Source: Fistulifera solaris
Lineage: Eukaryota
Assembly: GCA_030295235.1 (NCBI GenBank)
Contig: AP026146.1
Coordinates: 558,001-622,000 of the forward strand
Reading direction: 5' to 3'
DNA: 64,000 nucleotides
The notes under the pieces were generated by a model. The model was not told the origin of the DNA, did not search any database, and worked only from the letters and a program-made list of their open reading frames with translations. The number at the start of each line of letters is the position of its first letter. Position 1 is the first letter of the stretch. The translations under genes and the position numbers were made by a program. Positions 59,252-64,000 of the stretch are shown here, in pieces.

Positions 59252-60404
59252 TCATGTATAAGTCGCGCGAGGGTTCATTTCTTGATCGTAGGCTCTTAGA
59301 GAATGTCCGGCTTGCGATGAATCTTCAAAGACATAATCTAAATCGCTTCCTGTGGGAACAATATCTGCATACCCCCTGTGATAATCATCCTGAAGATAGA
59401 TGCCATCCATGGTACTGCGAGATGTGTCATCCGGGAATGTTCTCGGTGTGAAGTAATTGAAAAGACCGTTTCCACCGACTTTGTTGTCGAGTATCTTTAC
59501 ATTTCGGTGACGTTTGAGATCGTTGTTTACCCACATAATCAAACAGATTACTCCAAGGACCATGGTAAAGGACGCCATTGCAAAACTTGCTTTGGCCACC
59601 GGCGTCATGTTGTAGCCGGTAGACTCATCTTCCACCAATCCATCTCCGCCATACTCAGGGATAGTTTTGTTGGTGCTCGTGCTCATTTTGGAAGAGGGTA
59701 ATACGCGTACGACCCCAAGATCCGAGACAGCTGATTGCGTCTCTTCGACAGTCTCCAGTGTCAATTCCATTAATGCCGGAACGGTATCATCGGACACAAG
59801 ATTTTGACCAAATATCTGGACTTTTCCTTTGAAATAGCCGCAGTAATTCTTTGGGTCTAGGAATGGGTCACAATGATCTAAAAGTATGGTAAGTTTACAA
59901 GCGCCTGTGAGATCCAATTCAGTGTCAGGTCTTCTACAATGTCTCGAGTCGCTTACCATTCAAATCCATTTGCGGTTCATTAAACTTAAATCCAGTAATA
60001 CGACTCGAGTTTTCGTCGGCTTTCTTCTGAAGTCTTCTATCTGGAACCGAGCAGATGGATGGAAAAGAGTCCGATAGAATTGAATCAATGACTCGATCGT
60101 AAATTACAACCAATGCCTTGTTCAGATCAGCTGATTCGACACTTTCTATTTGAAATACGTAATCAAATTGAACAGGCGAACCGAGCTTGGAGCTGGTTCC
60201 TCCGAAAAATCCGTCTATTTCGGGACGGCATGAGGATGCCACGAGGGCTGTTTCCGAATGCATAGAATAGCGTTCTTCAGCTTCCCTTTTAAACGATGGC
60301 GCATGATGCCGCGCCTCAACGAGTGGGTCCGCCGCAATCGTTATCACGGCAGACGTCAGCCAACACAAAGCAAATGCGGCGGATGGCCATTTAGTAGCTG
60401 TCAT
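59252..60404 (-). CDS. Type I membrane protein of unknown function; intron 59878-59956
   Basis: Signal peptide MTATKWPSAAFALCWL, Cys-containing ectodomain with RRL motif, TM helix SFAMASFTMVLGVICLIMWV. Confidence 0.7.
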
Positions 60405-61111
60405 GGTGGTTGTTTGAATACAGAAGCGTAACGAGCCGCAAGGTGGTAGGATTGATCGTTTTTCATGACAGACTTCCACCCACTTTTTGCCCCAAATTCG
60501 TGCAGTTTTTCTCTTGCATTTCGTCCACCGACTGGCGTGAACGGCTACTCTCTGTGAAAATGCAACATTATGCATGCGCGCCTATGGCCTAAATAGTTCG
60601 GATTGCTAGGGGAAAAAAGTCGTCAGCATCTAGGTATAGTTTAATTTATGTCGTTTGTGTTTCCGTTGAAAGCTTCCAGGTACAATAAAACCAATACGGA
60701 GTCACGGAGTACTGGTAATGGTCAATTCGTTGGTTATCCTTATCCCTTATCACATCCAGAAATGAATTTGGGTTGAAAATTATTTACGAAAGAGTTTTTG
60801 CGCACCTGCACGCCAGCCAGCTTAACGGAAAAACTCGGATAACCCTAAATCTTGAAAACCTTTTTCGGGACACTGGGTGTTGAACTATGGCTTATGATGG
60901 AGAAAAGAATCTCGTCCTCTATCAGAGAAAAGACTATGACAGTTACTATATATCTATTTGTACTAGTATTCGAAATGTCGGCTTTCGGTTTCGCATCGCG
61001 GGTTTGCGGTTCGCGGTTCGCCCATGACTTCCCCTTCACAATTCCATTGAAGTGGAAGCCTACCATTCACTTCGATCTCAACGAGAATCACTCTTATTAA
61101 TTCGCCAAACA

Positions 61112-61749
61112 ATGACGGTAAACTTTGCAAGACGTAACATTTTCGCTCTATTGATGCTTCTGGCGAGCATCGACTTGTCAGCAGAAGGCGTGGGATTCTG
61201 GTGCGACACTGACAAGTACGATTGCGATCGACACAGCTCGGGGATTGAGGAGAAGAACGCTGTATCGGTTCCGGCTCCAAGTCCAGCTTTAGGACCGACT
61301 TCAGTTGCGGTCCCAGGAACGGACTCGGAAGGCTCGCCAGGTGCAGCGCCGGGCATGGATCCAGGTAAGTCAACGTCAGACGGAATGTCGAAACTCTAAT
61401 GATAGCATCATCTCATGTCATGGAAGCTCCTTCTCCCTTTCTTGAAGATGGCGAAGACACAGTTGATTCCCCAGAAGTTATTGATTCTGACGGAGAGGAC
61501 TGGGATCCGATCGATCCACCGGAAATTGTCGATGCGCCTGGGAAAGATGGAGCGCCAACTCCAGCTCCAGGGTCTGAGGATAATCGCCGATTTCCAGTCC
61601 TTCCATTTGTTGCGATTGCAGCGGGAGGGGGATTTTTGATTTCTTTATTCTTTTATTTGCGTCGTCGACAGGGTCCAAGCGAAGACTCGGCAGCAGAAGG
61701 GGCCGATGAATCTGCGATAGAAACGAATCAACCAGATGTGACTCCATAA
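61112..61749 (+). CDS. Small P/S/D-rich type I membrane protein; probable short intron 61365-61405
   Basis: Signal peptide, low-complexity ectodomain, TM VLPFVAIAAGGGFLISLFFYL followed by RRR. Confidence 0.65.
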
Positions 61750-62192
61750 TTTACTGAGAGACGGCCCATCGAACCGTTAGCATTATCCTCAAACTACGTT
61801 TAGATTCACGAAGAACGATGCTGCGCCCTTTCGAGCTCCTATGTTCATAATTTCTTATGGCTGATCACTGCAGCCCGTTTCACAAAATGTCTCAATGGTT
61901 ACTTGAAATAACTATTAATTGATAGAAAACGCAGCTCTCTCTTATTGGTTGCATTTAACTTTTAGAATTGCTTTTATCCCCATACTTTTGTGGTACGTCG
62001 TAATAAATCGAGTACGAAAACGACACTGCTTTGTTCCCTCATCGAAATGCCTGGGTATGCGACAAATGATGCCGTACTACTTTTGGTGAAAGCCATGATT
62101 ACGATGGGAAAAGAAATCCTGCGCGAAAGGCATACTCAGTATCACATGACGGTTAGCATGAGAGACATCGGAATACTTTATTACATTTTGAG

Positions 62193-63844
62193 TTATTCTT
62201 CCATGGCGTCCTCGGCTAAGTTTTCGCACTCGTCCACCAATTGCCTCGAAGTAAGAGCGTTCCTGTATTGTCCAGGAAGCAATTCCAACAAAAGATAAGA
62301 TAGATGCGCCTCGATTTGTGCAGCACGTCGTGCTTCCGAATTAGGAGGAGCTCCACGAGCCAACGCTTGCCACACCTCAGGAACAGCAAGGTTGTCACTC
62401 GTGACGGCCGCTTCGATCATCTGTCGAAGCTCGTTATCTTCTACAGCGTTACTCCGTAGCCCGCGACGAGCAGCCAGTAGATACCGAGCTTTTGTCCGAC
62501 TACTGGTGTATTCCAGCTCTCGTCGTTTTATGCGTCGCAATAGCTCACGCAGGCGATACCCGAGCAAAGATGGCACGGCGCACTCCATATCAAATTGCCA
62601 AGGTAGCATTTCCTCTCCATCCCCCATTTTCTTTAGCAGGATATAAGTAATCTTAAGAGGATAAGGCTTGGTGACTTTGACAATGACTTGCTTTTGCAAT
62701 AAGGTCGTTTGCAGCTGTGAAAAGGAAAGCGCTCCAAACCCAGTACCTCTTGCAGTACACTGTCCGCAACAACTATGGACTTGTTGTCCGGGTCCATCAA
62801 GTTCTTGTCGTTGATATAAACATAAAAAGCCATGATGATTTGTGACATGGTCAACGTAGGAGGAGGGAAATGAAGCTCATTGTCAAGAGGCGGCAGTGGA
62901 TTGCCATCGGCCGTCCGATCCTCTCCTTTGCGTTTCTGCTGCTTGGGTGTAACAGGAGTACTATCTGTGCCACTCGTCGCGCCATCTTTCTCAATTGCCT
63001 CCTCATCCACGTCTTGCTCTGGAGTACCATGATGTGGAAACATATGGTTCACCAATAGCGGATGCCGAATGGTGTACCGATCGTTCATGTTGTATCCTTC
63101 CGTGGAGACAATATCCGCATGACTTGAAGGATGCATTTGAATTTGCGCCACGACGGAATGAATCTCCAAATCTGTATCGGGAGGAGTGGGTGGACGATAC
63201 TTGACACACCACGCATGGGAATCATCCGACATGTCTCGTGTCCAGCGCATTTCTTGTTTCTCGGAAAGAAAACAAGTTCGCAAATCGATTTGCGATGGAT
63301 CCGTTAATTTGGGTGTCGTATCTCCTCCAGTCGAGCGTCTAGATGATGTCTTCTTCTTGGGCTGTTGTATAGCGGCCGTGACTGGATTCTTGGGTCGGAA
63401 GACGGTTTGCAACTCAACCACTAGCGATTCCATGAAATGAGTAAACATGTACGCTGGTATAGGCTGATCTTCTTCTTTCTCTCCTCCTTTTGAACGATCG
63501 AGGTCATCTTTCGGAATTCCTCCGTACCCCGTCTCTTGGTCGAATTGAGAGGCACTCTTGTGATCTAAATGCCCAATCAATAAAACTCCCTCCAACTGCA
63601 ATTTAAAATGCTCCGGAATGCCTTGCAAGTAATCCGCTTTCGCATACTGATGCGAAATCCACAACCGCAAATGAGACTGTCGGGTAGGACTCGTTTTCTC
63701 TAACAGATTTGAAATACGGCGTCGTGTTTTGACGGCTCTTGCTTCAATACGACTTTCTAAGTCATCCATTCGTTTCATTTGCGCGGTGAAGGCGGTCCAG
63801 ACTTCCGAAATCGGTGAATCATTCATAGCGATTGCGTCCCTCAT
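62193..63844 (-). CDS. SWI/SNF subunit BAF60/SMARCD (SWP73)-like with SWIB domain
   Basis: SHLRLWISH, FKLQLEG, FTHFMESLVVE, SWIB TMSQIIMAFYVYINDKNLMDPDNKSIVVAD..LQEVLG...F.F; frameshift at the A run near 62721. Confidence 0.85.
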
Positions 63845-64000
63845 CTTCTTTTCTGGCTCTTGAATCTTTCTAGTTGATATTCAAGTGTTTCCAAGGATGT
63901 TATCGGATTCCAAACACACTTTAAACCAGTAACAATGTTTCTAACAATTAATACCTAGGAGAAAATAAATATACCGCTTTTATTAGTGCTGCTGCAGCTG

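Noticed and set aside
60841..60849. Telomere-like AACCCTAAA
   Set aside because: Single unit, expected by chance

Overview
Gene-dense eukaryotic nuclear DNA from a pennate diatom. Evidence: short GT-AG introns of about 70-110 nt, bipartite signal + 'AF(AP)' plastid-targeting presequences, bHLH-PAS and DUF6824 genes, and a decayed copy of a protein family I associate with Fistulifera (genus assignment is inference). About 35 protein-coding genes can be reconstructed. Many are split in the ORF track by 1-2 nt indels in homopolymer runs, which look like assembly errors rather than pseudogenes. Content includes a CslA-like GT2 missed by the ORF track, two bHLH-PAS genes, a cis-prenyltransferase, a GH18 chitinase, two BASS transporters, an NYC1/NOL-like SDR, a linker-histone(H15)-FKBP fusion, a plastid omega-6 desaturase, CLPTM1, an OS-9/ERLEC1-like lectin, a four-copy SufE array losing its BolA domain, an RlmL-like methyltransferase, a Ulp1/SENP protease with an exact 1036-bp tandem duplication, and BAF60. 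The most striking non-coding signal is a dispersed ~52-bp fixed-spacing element, CTATAG..AAAGTGT..N15-17..GACTGCATTTCAGTCATG. It occurs only in intergenic DNA (5 clear full copies plus partial ones), twice as direct pairs ~215 bp apart. A palindromic ~35-bp minisatellite sits in a divergent promoter. No rRNA, tRNA or CRISPR array was recognised.
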